Source: Clostridia bacterium (lineage in GTDB: Bacteria > Bacillota > Clostridia > Oscillospirales > Acutalibacteraceae). From it: a stretch of 64,000 nucleotides of DNA. Below, piece by piece: positions 54,920 to 64,000 of the stretch. The stretch spans positions 306 to 64,305 of the forward strand of contig JAGBHX010000062.1 in the NCBI GenBank assembly GCA_017935265.1. Direction: 5' to 3'. Position 1 is the stretch's first letter, and each line of letters starts with the position of its first letter. A model generated the notes under the pieces. That model saw only the letters and a list, made by a program, of their open reading frames with translations. It was not told the origin of the DNA and searched no databases. The translations under genes and the position numbers were made by a program.

Positions 54920-55480
54920 GTGAAAAGGGTTTTCGATTTTTTAATCGGTTTATTCGGTTTGATTTTTCTTTCTCCCGTGTTTATTTTAATAGCGGTGTTA
55001 ATTCTTGTAACCGACGGCTTACCCGTTGTGTTCAAGCAGGAGCGCGTTGGCAAGGATAACAAGCTCTTTAAAATATATAAATTCCGCACAATGAAAAACA
55101 ATACAGGCGACCGCGCTACTGCTGAGATTGAAAATCTTGACGATGCGACAACAAAAATCGGCAGAATTCTGAGAAGAACAAGCCTTGACGAGCTGCCGCA
55201 GTTTGTTAATCTTGTTAACGGAACAATGAGCCTTGTAGGGCCAAGACCCCTCATTCCTGCCGAAAAAGAAATCCGTGAGCTTCGTGCCGAATACGGTGTT
55301 TACAGCGTTCTTCCCGGCATCACGGGCTGGGCTCAGGTAAACGGACGCGACGATGTTTCAATTGAAGAAAAAGCCCTGCTTGACAAGGAATACGTTGACA
55401 AACAGAGCATTTCATTTGATATTAAAATTTTAATAAAAACCGTTAAAATGGTTATTACTCACGAAGGTAACAAGGGCTAA
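54920..55480 (+). CDS. Small monotopic sugar-phosphate transferase (PglC/WbaP C-terminal-domain type)
   Basis: KRVFDF..GL.GLI.LSP, PVVFKQERVGK..K.F.IYKFRTM, DELPQ..N...G.MSLVGPRP motifs; GTG start. Confidence 0.85.
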   Translation: MKRVFDFLIGLFGLIFLSPVFILIAVLILVTDGLPVVFKQERVGKDNKLFKIYKFRTMKNNTGDRATAEIENLDDATTKIGRILRRTSLDELPQFVNLVNGTMSLVGPRPLIPAEKEIRELRAEYGVYSVLPGITGWAQVNGRDDVSIEEKALLDKEYVDKQSISFDIKILIKTVKMVITHEGNKG

Positions 55481-56304
55481 ACACCAAGATATTCTTCAAG
55501 CACCATTCCGCTTTTCTTGAGTTCGGTTGCAACCTCAACCCCAACATAGCGGTAGTGCCACGGCTCATAGGTGATTTTTGTTATGTGAGTTTTATCCTTG
55601 GGATAACGCATAATAAAGCCGTATTCGTGAGCGTGAGCATCGAGCCAGCGGAACTCTTTGGTGTTTTCAAAGCTGACCTCAAGTGAGCAGATGTCCATTG
55701 CAAGGCCTGCGTTGTGTTCGCTCGTTCCCGGTAAAAGGACAATTTGCGAAGCCTTGATAGTTGCATCAACCTTGCTCATACCTTGCTTTTTATATGTGTC
55801 AATGTAATTTTCAAAGTTTCTTTTCTGCCGTGCAAAAGAGCGGTAGCCTGAAACGGGAACAAGGGTTATTCCGTCGAGCAAGGCGGCGTCATACATCTGA
55901 CGGTAAAAGGGCACAACTCTGTAGTCGAGAGTTGCCGCATAGCCGTCAACAGCCGTTTTCAGCTTCGGCACATATCCGTCTGGCAGGCGGTGATCGCAGT
56001 TGAGCAAAATCAGATTAAACGGAACACTCATATCCGTTTCAATCGGGTCAAAGCCTGCATAAGCGTAAGGATAGCCCTGAACCGCCGTGGTTGTGGTGGT
56101 TGTCGGCTTTTTCGTGGCGGCAGCGCTCGGCTTTTCTGTTGAGGCGGTTGTGGTTGATGTGGTGGTTGTCTGAGTTGTTGACTCGGTTGTGGTCGCTGAG
56201 GTTGGCGGTGTCGGTTCGCCGATGACGATACCGTTACACCCTGCAAGAGTAAAAGCAAGGCTTAAAACCAACACGGCGCATATTGTTTTACTGAATCTTT
56301 TCAT
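55477..56304 (-). CDS. VanY/M15-family D-alanyl-D-alanine carboxypeptidase lipoprotein
   Basis: Lipobox LAGC, Thr/Ser/Pro-rich linker, SGYRS, GTSEHNAGLAMD and EPWHYRYVG zinc-peptidase motifs. Confidence 0.85.
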   Translation of the reverse strand: MKRFSKTICAVLVLSLAFTLAGCNGIVIGEPTPPTSATTTESTTQTTTTSTTTASTEKPSAAATKKPTTTTTTAVQGYPYAYAGFDPIETDMSVPFNLILLNCDHRLPDGYVPKLKTAVDGYAATLDYRVVPFYRQMYDAALLDGITLVPVSGYRSFARQKRNFENYIDTYKKQGMSKVDATIKASQIVLLPGTSEHNAGLAMDICSLEVSFENTKEFRWLDAHAHEYGFIMRYPKDKTHITKITYEPWHYRYVGVEVATELKKSGMVLEEYLGV

Positions 56305-56384
56305 TTTAACATCCCCTATAATTTGAATTTTATCATAATTTTATCATATAAAAAATATATTTTCAAGAGAGGTTACAATTTTTT

Positions 56385-57643
56385 ATGAAAGCAAATGAAT
56401 CCATCGAAAAATACCCGGCACGAGTGCGTGAATACACAAACTATGCCCTCAAAAGCACAAAAATTGTGGCAAAGAGTTGCGGCCCGAGACCTGCGGGCAG
56501 TGAAGCCGATGCAAAAGCAAGAGAATATCTCAAGGCTGACACCGCAAAATTCTGTGACGAGGTGAAAGAAGAAGCCTTCAAATGCTCAGACAAGGCATTT
56601 ATGTCTTGGGTTTCAATCGGCTCTGTTTTGCTTCTTGTTTCTGCTGTTCTGTTTATGTTCGGCTTGCAGGCAATTTCACTTGCAGTTACTTTGCTCAATG
56701 TAGTTTTATTGTGGGCGAATTTTTCTTCTACAAAAAGGTGCTTGACGGCTTTTTCAAGAAAAAAGAAACTGCCAACATCATCGGTGTCAGAAAGGCTTCA
56801 GGCGAAACAAAAAGACGCATAATCTTCTGCGGACATACCGACTCAGCCTACGAGTGGACTTATACCTACCACGGCGGCAGACCCTTTGTTGCTCTTGCAA
56901 TCGTGATCGCGGTTGTCTCTATTGCGGTTTCCGTTGCAGGTAACGTTATTGCAATTATAAACAACGGTGCTCTCAATCCGTCAATCGTGTTTATGAACGA
57001 CAACACCCTTGTTACTGCTTTTGCAATTGCAATGCTCGCACTTATTCCTGCTTATATCTATACTTTCTTTTTCTGCAATTATAAGCGACCCGTTGTGGGA
57101 GCTGTTGACAATCTCACAGGCTGCTTTACTTCACTTGCTGTTGTTAAATTTTTGTTTGACAACGATATCCGTTTTGAAAACACCGAGGTTCAGGTTCTTC
57201 TCACAGGCGGTGAGGAGGCAGGAACACGCGGAGCTCAGGCTTATGTAAAGGCTCACAAGAATGAGCTTACCGACAAAAATGTTGAAACTGTTTTTGTCGG
57301 CGTTGACACAATTCACGATTTTGACTTTATGAATGTAATCAGCAAGGATATGAACGGCTTTGTTAAAAACGATGCACGCGTTGTCGAGCTTGTTAAAAAC
57401 GCTGCAGTCGTTGCGGGCTATGACAATGTTTCATCAGGACCTATTTCTTTGGGCTCAACTGATGCCGCTCCGTTTTCACAGGTTGGCGTTCCTGCCGCAA
57501 CCTTTGTTGCAATGGACCCCACTCCTGCACGTTATTACCACACAAGGCTTGATACTGAAGAAAACCTTGACCCCAAAACAATGGAGGCAGGCGTTAAAAT
57601 TGCTCTTGAAACAGCATTTTTGTTTGATGAAAAAGGAATTTAA
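56385..57643 (+). pseudogene. M28-family membrane peptidase interrupted by a frameshift near 56704-56720
   Basis: Two overlapping ORFs (56385..56822 and 56582..57643) together make one protein. The N-terminal part is RPAGSEADAKAREYL plus a TM helix. The C-terminal part has NIIGV, CGHTDS, GGEEAGTRGA and DAAPF M28 motifs. The sensible reading switches frame around the T4 run at 56704-56707. Confidence 0.7.
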
Positions 57644-57758
57644 CGGCAATTTACATAAATTTTCAAAAAAGTATTGTTAATTTATGTAAAGGTGTGTTAT
57701 AATATCCAAAAGTTGTTTTATTACTATATTTTCCTGTTGAAAAGGAGATGCTTTTGTT

Positions 57759-58514
57759 ATGAACAAAAAAATTAAGAGGTTAGTTTCATTCCTTCTCGTT
57801 GCAGTGATGGCATTTTCACTTTGCGCTTGCGGTGAGATTGAAGAAGAAGTAGTTAAGAGAGCTTCTGCAATTCCCCAGACAAAGGCAGAAATTTTTGATT
57901 ATTTCTGTGCAGCTCTTGATAAAGTAGTTGCTGAGAAGCCTGCTGTAAGCTACGGCCTTTCAAACGGCGCACGCGGTGCCGAATGTGAAAACAGCAATAT
58001 TGAGGCTGCATTCCCCACAATCGCAAAGCTTATGACAGTCGGTGACGGTGCTGAAGTTGAATACGGTGCAGACAACACAGGTGTGTTCCCCACCAACAAG
58101 CTTGAGCTCAATGACATCAAGTCAGCTAACATCATTGACATTGACGACACAACATCTCGCTCATACACAATCGTTCTGACTATCTGGGATGAAAACAACC
58201 CCAATCAGGACGACAGCGTGTTCGGCAAGATTTACAAAATTTCTAAGGATGAGGACATTCTCAAGGAAATGGAAAAAGCTTCTTCTTATTTCACAGTTGA
58301 AAGCTACGACGCTCAGTACCGCATCGGTACTATCAGAGCCGTGATTTCCAAAGAGACCGACCGCATTGAAGAGCTCCATCTTGAAAGAACTGTTGATGTT
58401 TCCACACAGATTACAGGTGTCAACAAGTTTGCTGAGGTCGGCACAGTTCCTCTTTCATTTGAATATTCTTCAACAGAGAGCTATTCAATGAACTGGGATG
58501 CTCCCGCAAAATAA
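57759..58514 (+). CDS. Putative lipoprotein, unknown function
   Basis: Signal peptide with lipobox FSLCAC; RBS AAAGGAGA. Confidence 0.7.
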   Translation: MNKKIKRLVSFLLVAVMAFSLCACGEIEEEVVKRASAIPQTKAEIFDYFCAALDKVVAEKPAVSYGLSNGARGAECENSNIEAAFPTIAKLMTVGDGAEVEYGADNTGVFPTNKLELNDIKSANIIDIDDTTSRSYTIVLTIWDENNPNQDDSVFGKIYKISKDEDILKEMEKASSYFTVESYDAQYRIGTIRAVISKETDRIEELHLERTVDVSTQITGVNKFAEVGTVPLSFEYSSTESYSMNWDAPAK

Positions 58515-58524
58515 AAAATTCATC

Positions 58525-58560
58525 AAAAAAACGGGTGTCTTCGTGACACCCGTTTTTTTA
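58525..58560. terminator. Bidirectional Rho-independent terminator
   Basis: A-run, ACGGGTGTC-TTCG-TGACACCCGT, T-run, between convergent genes. Confidence 0.85.
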
Positions 58561-61014
58561 TTGTTTAATATATAGTGTAACAGGTCCGTAAAGCCCGCCT
58601 GATTCAAAAGCTTTTGAATAAATCAGCTCGTCTTCAAAATACGGAGATAATTCCTTTATGCTCCACTTGTCAAAATAGTCTGTGTGGGCATACAGGTTTG
58701 CTGATGTATTAGTTACATATATTTTCAGTGTATTTTCTCTGCTGAGCACATCGGCAGGGATTTTAATTTTGTACGGTGGCATAAAGGCTGTTTCCAAAAG
58801 CCTATCGTTAAGATAGACACTGGCGGCAAAATGCACGTCTCCCAGGTCAAACTCTCCTTCTTTTCCGATTTTCTCAGCGGGCAGAGTGAAGCAGGTTTCA
58901 TAAACACAGCTTCCGGAAAAAGCTTTGCCTGCAAAATTGCTCCAGTCGCCGAGGTCGGTTGCAACAGCTTTGTCACAATGCTTCACGCATTCAAAGCCGC
59001 TTTTTCCGAAAACGAGCTCCGTTTCTTTTCGCAGTGTGAAATTATCTGCAGTGCTGAAGCACTTTGTAAAATTTGTTTTGCTTTCTGCACTCAGCTTTTC
59101 CTCCGTCAGCAGAATTACCGCTGTTTCGCCTACGGCAAGAGACAGCCTCAGGATGTTGTCTTTTGATTCAAAGCTCTGTATTGCACCGCTTGACAAATCA
59201 AGCATATATCCGTTTGCGGCAGGCAGGTGAACCTGATAATCTCCGTTTTTTCCCTTTTCTCTGAACAGGCAGAAAATTTCAGCATTTTCTGTTTTTCGGT
59301 GTATTGCGCGCAATCCCTCTCCCTCAATCTGAATTACAGGCTCAAGGTCAGTAAGGGTATGCAAAATCCTACCGCCGCTCTCAACAAAGCGATTGAGTGC
59401 TGTTTGAGTGTTCTGCGGAATAAATGCTCCTTGAGGTATGATGATCTGACGGTATTGAGCACTGCCGATACAAAGACATCCTTTGTCGGTTCCGCTTGCG
59501 GTTTGCAAAACATCGTCGTCAACAATATCAAAATCCACCGTCATTTCTTCAAGCGTTCTGCCGAGGGTGTCGAACGATTTTGCCACGGCATCTGCGTTCA
59601 GGCCACCTTGAAAATCAGAAACGGGATAATAAAGCCCCGTCTGACAAACACGGTTTCCGAGAGAGGATATATATGACAACCTTTCAACATAGCGGTTGAA
59701 TTCACCGAGGAAGTGATAATACGGTTGATTTTCCGTAAAAACGGGAAGCTCCTGTGCAAGAAGCTGACCTTCGCGCCCGAGAGGGAAGTTAAAGAGGTTA
59801 AATATGTTTATTCCGCGAACAGCCTGATACCCGACGGTGTATCGCATTATGTCATAGGTTACAGCAGTGCCTGCCACGCCCAGAATTTCGCTCATTGCAA
59901 GTCCGGTGCCGTTGTGCGCGGCGGCAGAAGAGGCATACCTCGGGAAAAATCCGTTATAACCGTTGAAACCGTCTTTGTCTGTTATTTTGTCTTCGGGATA
60001 AATCTGTCTTCTGATAACATCCACACCGGGGATATCAAAGCATCGCAGTGCGCGCATCAGATTAAAATTTCCGCCTCCGTGCATACAGCCGAGAGGACTG
60101 TGGTCCATATCCATATGACCGGTAAAAGAGATGCCGTGCTCGTGTGCCCATTTTTGGCAGGGCAGAAGAAAGTTTTCGCAGAACATTTTACTGCACAAAT
60201 CATACCAGCGGTGCAATATGTAAGCATTTTCTTCGGTTGTTGCAACGTTTTCTGCAATTAACGGCAAATGCGGTAAAACCGACTCGTTATATATTTCTTC
60301 ATATTTTTCTTCCAATTCCTTGTTAAAAGCAACGAACGGGGCCTTCGGCTCATCTGTGAATACCGCGGTAACTGTTTTTTTGAGTGTGTTTTTTAGCGAA
60401 GCCTCATATTTTTTGTGCGTGATTTCAATAAAATATTCTGTTGCTTCTCTGTTGAGCAAATCGGGATAATTTGCACCCGGACAGGATTCTTTTTCTGCAA
60501 CGTACTCAGTCACAACGACGTTTTTTGAAAACCTGTATCCGTCTTCAATTATGTCGCGGTTATTCAGAAAAGCGGCAATAACATCGGACGATGTTTTTTT
60601 ATATATGTCTCCTGCTTCAAAAGAACGTTCGTAGGCCTCCAATGTCTGTCGTGCATATTCGGGATGCTCTTTCAGAACCTTTGAGCAAGCTCCGCCTGAG
60701 GGCCATCCGCCTTCGTCATAAATCCAACAATTCATGCCAAGATTTTCGGCCTTCTCAATGGCATATGCGCACAGCTCCAGATATTCCGCTGATAAATAGT
60801 CTGGTGAAAGGCTTGTGGGCATACTGTCGGGTCGAAATTCCTTCGGCTCGGGAAGGATGTAAAACGCTCTTATGCCGAGCCTTTGCATCTCACCGAGCTG
60901 AATATCTATTGTTTCGCGGGTGCACACATCGTTCCATACCCAAACATATACGGGTGCGCAGGCAACGTCGGGAGAAAGGAATGAGTGTATATCAAATTTG
61001 TCATAGCTTTTCAT
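58558..61014 (-). CDS. Putative intracellular glycoside hydrolase with C-terminal galactose-binding-like domain
   Basis: 818 aa, no signal peptide. The C-terminal segment GDVHFAASVYLNDRLL..PPYKIKIP resembles the GH2 sugar-binding jelly-roll. Adjacent to an MFS transporter. The exact GH family could not be determined. Confidence 0.5.
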   Translation of the reverse strand: MKSYDKFDIHSFLSPDVACAPVYVWVWNDVCTRETIDIQLGEMQRLGIRAFYILPEPKEFRPDSMPTSLSPDYLSAEYLELCAYAIEKAENLGMNCWIYDEGGWPSGGACSKVLKEHPEYARQTLEAYERSFEAGDIYKKTSSDVIAAFLNNRDIIEDGYRFSKNVVVTEYVAEKESCPGANYPDLLNREATEYFIEITHKKYEASLKNTLKKTVTAVFTDEPKAPFVAFNKELEEKYEEIYNESVLPHLPLIAENVATTEENAYILHRWYDLCSKMFCENFLLPCQKWAHEHGISFTGHMDMDHSPLGCMHGGGNFNLMRALRCFDIPGVDVIRRQIYPEDKITDKDGFNGYNGFFPRYASSAAAHNGTGLAMSEILGVAGTAVTYDIMRYTVGYQAVRGINIFNLFNFPLGREGQLLAQELPVFTENQPYYHFLGEFNRYVERLSYISSLGNRVCQTGLYYPVSDFQGGLNADAVAKSFDTLGRTLEEMTVDFDIVDDDVLQTASGTDKGCLCIGSAQYRQIIIPQGAFIPQNTQTALNRFVESGGRILHTLTDLEPVIQIEGEGLRAIHRKTENAEIFCLFREKGKNGDYQVHLPAANGYMLDLSSGAIQSFESKDNILRLSLAVGETAVILLTEEKLSAESKTNFTKCFSTADNFTLRKETELVFGKSGFECVKHCDKAVATDLGDWSNFAGKAFSGSCVYETCFTLPAEKIGKEGEFDLGDVHFAASVYLNDRLLETAFMPPYKIKIPADVLSRENTLKIYVTNTSANLYAHTDYFDKWSIKELSPYFEDELIYSKAFESGGLYGPVTLYIKQ

Positions 61015-61035
61015 TATTCAACAGTCCTTTTAAAT

Positions 61036-62214
61036 TCAGACATTTGTATTGTATCTTCCTTGTTTTTTTAACAGAGCCGTGAAATGCTTCAAGGCCGCAA
61101 TCATAATTATGTAAAGCACGGCAAGCAAAACAGGATAGACTTTTATGCCAATCAGACCGCTTATGAGGCTGACCGCGGGAGGTGCCAGCATAACGCCGAT
61201 ATAAGCAAAGGCAATCTGTGAGCCCATAATTGCCTGTGATGCTTCTTTGCCAAAGTTGTGAGGTGTCAGGTGAATCATATTCGGATATATAGAGCCGTTG
61301 CCCAGACCTATAAGGAATAAGCCTGCTACGGTAACTGCGCCGGGCAGAGGAAGAAGCATAATTACAATGGCAGGGGCAAGAACAGCGGCGCCGATACCGA
61401 TACGCTTCCACGTGTTGATTTTACCTGAAAGCATACCTGAAACAAAACGTCCCACAGACATCCCCGCATAATATACTGTCAAGGCGAGAGCACCGTGCTT
61501 TGCTTCAAACCCTTTTTCGGCCACGAGATACGTGCTTCCCCACACACCGCAGGCATATTCAATTGCATTTGTTGCAAGCATAATAATCCAAACCACTCTT
61601 ACATCAGACCTTTTGGCCATTTGTAAAAGAGAAAGGCTGATTCCTTTTTCTTCCTCAGCTTCGTCAGCCGATGAAGTCTTTTTCCACATAGGGAGCGATA
61701 CAATCAGCAACAACGTAATGACAGACTGAACATAAAATGCGTAGCGATAACCTCCGCGCCAACCCACGTCACTTAATGCCTGTGACATAAGATAAGGGCT
61801 GAGGCTTACTCCTACACCGTAAAAGCAGTGCAAAAAGTTCATATGGCTTGCCTTGAAATGGAGTGCCACATAATTGTTGAGCCCCGAATCAATTGCGCCT
61901 GCACCAAGTCCCAGGAGAATTGCCAACGGTATCATAAACCAAAAGGACGGAGCCTTGGAAAATCCGAACAAAGCCGCCGCGGTCATAGCCGTGCTGAATG
62001 CTGTGACCTTAGCTGTTCCGAATTTGTTGAGAATTCCTGTGCTGAACATACTCGACAGCACCGTGCAGCCTGAAATAATAAAAGTGAGAATGCTTACCGC
62101 TTCAACGGGAATGTTGATTTCTGTGTGAATGGCAGGCCAGGCCGAGCCTATGAGAGAGTCCGGAACACCGAGACCTATAAATGCAATGTATATAACAACC
62201 AATAAAAAAAACAT
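61036..62214 (-). CDS. MFS transporter
   Basis: 12-TM profile; start taken at MFFLLVVIYIAF (ATG 62214, RBS GGAGG). Confidence 0.8.
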   Translation of the reverse strand: MFFLLVVIYIAFIGLGVPDSLIGSAWPAIHTEINIPVEAVSILTFIISGCTVLSSMFSTGILNKFGTAKVTAFSTAMTAAALFGFSKAPSFWFMIPLAILLGLGAGAIDSGLNNYVALHFKASHMNFLHCFYGVGVSLSPYLMSQALSDVGWRGGYRYAFYVQSVITLLLIVSLPMWKKTSSADEAEEEKGISLSLLQMAKRSDVRVVWIIMLATNAIEYACGVWGSTYLVAEKGFEAKHGALALTVYYAGMSVGRFVSGMLSGKINTWKRIGIGAAVLAPAIVIMLLPLPGAVTVAGLFLIGLGNGSIYPNMIHLTPHNFGKEASQAIMGSQIAFAYIGVMLAPPAVSLISGLIGIKVYPVLLAVLYIIMIAALKHFTALLKKQGRYNTNV

Positions 62215-62284
62215 ACGACCTCCGACAAGATGCAAAATATAAAAATAGAGTATTCACAGGCTTGTACCTTATGAATACCCAATA

Positions 62285-62359
62285 TGGAGCTGGAGATGGG
62301 ATTTGAACCCACGGCCTATTGATTACGAATCAATTGCGCTACCACTGCGCCACTCCAGC
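62285..62359 (-). tRNA. tRNA-Thr (anticodon CGU)
   Basis: Reverse complement folds as acceptor GCTGGAG/CTCCAGC, D arm GCGC..GCGC, anticodon stem ATTGA/TCAAT with loop TTCGTAA, T arm GTGGG-TTCAAAT-CCCAT, encoded CCA. Confidence 0.9.
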
Positions 62360-62529
62360 AACACCGAAATACATTATAATAAAAACAAATGCTTTTTGCA
62401 ATACTTTTTCATAAAAATAAAATCATCATATTTACAAAATGTTCAAAGTAAATCCATTTATTGGACTTGATTTTGTTACCGAAATATTGTAATCTATAAG
62501 CATACTAATTTTACCGAGAGGTGCAAACA

Positions 62530-63522
62530 ATGAAAAAAAGCTTATGTTTAGTTTTATCTGTTCTTTTAATTGCTGTGAGCCTGTGCTCCTGCAGTATGAT
62601 AAAGGATGAAAACGCTCTTGACGAATATACATATGTAGACGCTCAGGGCAACACTCACGAATATGCCACAGATACACAGGGCGAGGTTGTAACTCAGAAA
62701 AACGGAGTTAAAGAAACAACCTCCTCCACCACCAAAACAGGCGGTTCCAACACCGACCCGATGATGAACATTACCGTTTACGCAACTGATGCAAACGGCG
62801 AGGCCGTAACCGACAAAAAAGGTGAGCTTGTTACCTCCAACTGGAATATGGAGGAACTTCTCGACGAGATGACCAAAACCACAACCACCAAAAAGACAAA
62901 GCCCGGTGAAACAACCACCACAGGCTCAGGCCTTGCCGGCTCTTTGGGCACAAGCACAGAGGATGACCTTCTTGGCGACGGCAGCAAAACAGAAAAAACC
63001 AACCTCAAGGCCACGGTTGTTGACCCCATCATCAAGGGCGGCAAATACACTCTTAAAACAACAGTTGTTGCTCAGGATGCAAAAATGCCTATGACATGGT
63101 GCTTCAACGGTGAAGAATTTGCAGTTTCACTTTCATATCAGACAATCGGCGCAAGAGTATTCACCGAAAAAGGCAAAACCTACCTGCTCATTCCTATGTT
63201 TGCAATGTATATGGAGGTTGAGTCTGAAACAAGTGAAGACATTCAGAAGCCCAACAGTGACCTTACAGGTAAATTGACCTATGTTAAGAGCACAAAGGTT
63301 AAGGACGGAAAAACCACTTACACCTGCGAAGAGTATAAAACACCTGACGGCAAAATCAACAAATATTATTTCAATGAAAAGAACGAGTGGAAGCGCTGGG
63401 AAGTAATTGACGACAAGGAAATTACTGTTTTTGTAATTGACAGCCTTTCAACATCGGTTGATAAATCAATGTTTAAAATTCCCAAGACCTTTAAAAAGGT
63501 TGACGCAGACAAAGTGTTATAA
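62530..63522 (+). CDS. Putative lipoprotein with Thr-rich linker, unknown function
   Basis: Signal peptide with lipobox SLCSC; ATG 62530 follows GAGAGGTG. Confidence 0.7.
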   Translation: MKKSLCLVLSVLLIAVSLCSCSMIKDENALDEYTYVDAQGNTHEYATDTQGEVVTQKNGVKETTSSTTKTGGSNTDPMMNITVYATDANGEAVTDKKGELVTSNWNMEELLDEMTKTTTTKKTKPGETTTTGSGLAGSLGTSTEDDLLGDGSKTEKTNLKATVVDPIIKGGKYTLKTTVVAQDAKMPMTWCFNGEEFAVSLSYQTIGARVFTEKGKTYLLIPMFAMYMEVESETSEDIQKPNSDLTGKLTYVKSTKVKDGKTTYTCEEYKTPDGKINKYYFNEKNEWKRWEVIDDKEITVFVIDSLSTSVDKSMFKIPKTFKKVDADKVL

Positions 63523-63524
63523 TT

Positions 63525-64000
63525 ATGAAAAAAACAGTTATTATCACAGGCGCATCAGGAGGCATCGGCTCGGCTATTGCCGATGCCTTTGCTTTGAGCG
63601 GACACAACGTTGTTATAGGCTACAACAGTTCTTCTGAAAAAGCTGAGGCTCTTGAAGCCAAGCTTTCAGGAAGGGGCTGTTGTGTTGCGCGTTTTAAGGC
63701 TGATGTTTCTTGTTCTGCGCAGGCGCAGTCACTCATTGACTTTACCAAAGAAACCTTCGGCGGTAAATATATTCTTGTCAACAACGCAGGCATTGCTCAG
63801 CAAAAGCTTTTCACCGACATAACGGACGGGGATTTTGACACAATGATGTCAGCTAACGTCAAAAGTGTTTTTAATTGCAGCCGTGCCGTTCTGCCGCTTA
63901 TGATTCACGACAAATGGGGCAGAATTATAAACATTTCTTCTATGTGGGGAGTGTGCGGCGCCTCCTGCGAGGTGCATTATTCAGCCTCAAAGGCGGCCGT
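63525..64000 (+). CDS. SDR-family oxidoreductase (FabG-like), 3'-truncated by the window end
   Basis: ITGASGGIGSAIA glycine motif, NNAG, and SS...YSASKAA catalytic region; the ORF runs off the window. Confidence 0.85.
   Translation, partial: MKKTVIITGASGGIGSAIADAFALSGHNVVIGYNSSSEKAEALEAKLSGRGCCVARFKADVSCSAQAQSLIDFTKETFGGKYILVNNAGIAQQKLFTDITDGDFDTMMSANVKSVFNCSRAVLPLMIHDKWGRIINISSMWGVCGASCEVHYSASKAA

Noticed and set aside
56385-57643. Treating 56385-56822 and 56582-57643 as two independent overlapping genes.
   Set aside because: The first 40 codons of the second ORF and the last 35 codons of the first are low-complexity nonsense. The sensible parts abut and together give the usual M28 membrane peptidase architecture, so a frameshifted single gene is more parsimonious.

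Overview
The window looks like chromosomal DNA from a spore-forming Clostridia bacterium. The taxon is inferred from yqfC-yqfD-ylbJ sporulation genes, a T-box-controlled pheST operon, nfnAB-like genes and several cohesin/dockerin proteins, which suggest a Ruminococcus/Oscillospiraceae-like organism. Most of the window is densely packed housekeeping and envelope genes: pheS/pheT, prfB, galU, cdsA, rarA, radC, ybaK, an rRNA methyltransferase, two MATE exporters, MFS and DMT transporters, a TviB/TviC-like nucleotide-sugar pair, a VanY-type peptidase, a glycoside hydrolase, and tRNA-Arg(ACG) and tRNA-Thr(CGU). Two regions stand out. (1) A 7.86-kb integrative element sits at 35270-43177, in the 3' half of tRNA-Arg(ACG), bounded by a perfect 46-bp direct repeat. 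It carries a tyrosine integrase, XRE repressor, Cro/Xis-like small HTH proteins, an HUH rolling-circle Rep, a sigma-70-family factor, two tiny coupled ORFs, RHH and HTH proteins and an Abi_2 (AbiD/F-like) abortive-infection gene. That gene has its own promoter and a terminator-like structured leader. The element's intergenic DNA is full of repeated modules (arm-type sites, shared operators, ACGAGCTTG-containing modules, phased A-tracts). (2) A set of cellulosome-like surface proteins includes a GH25 lysozyme-SH3b-dockerin gene translationally coupled to a membrane-anchored cohesin gene. It also includes a cohesin-LRR-(about 10x His/Cys repeat)-dockerin protein and a 1292-aa FIVAR-like repeat dockerin protein. 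Smaller oddities are a PurF paralogue without the Cys1 nucleophile, a frameshifted M28 peptidase, an LCAT-like hydrolase with Cys at the nucleophile elbow, and prfB without the programmed frameshift. No CRISPR array or rRNA gene was seen. All function calls come from motif recognition by eye, not database searches.
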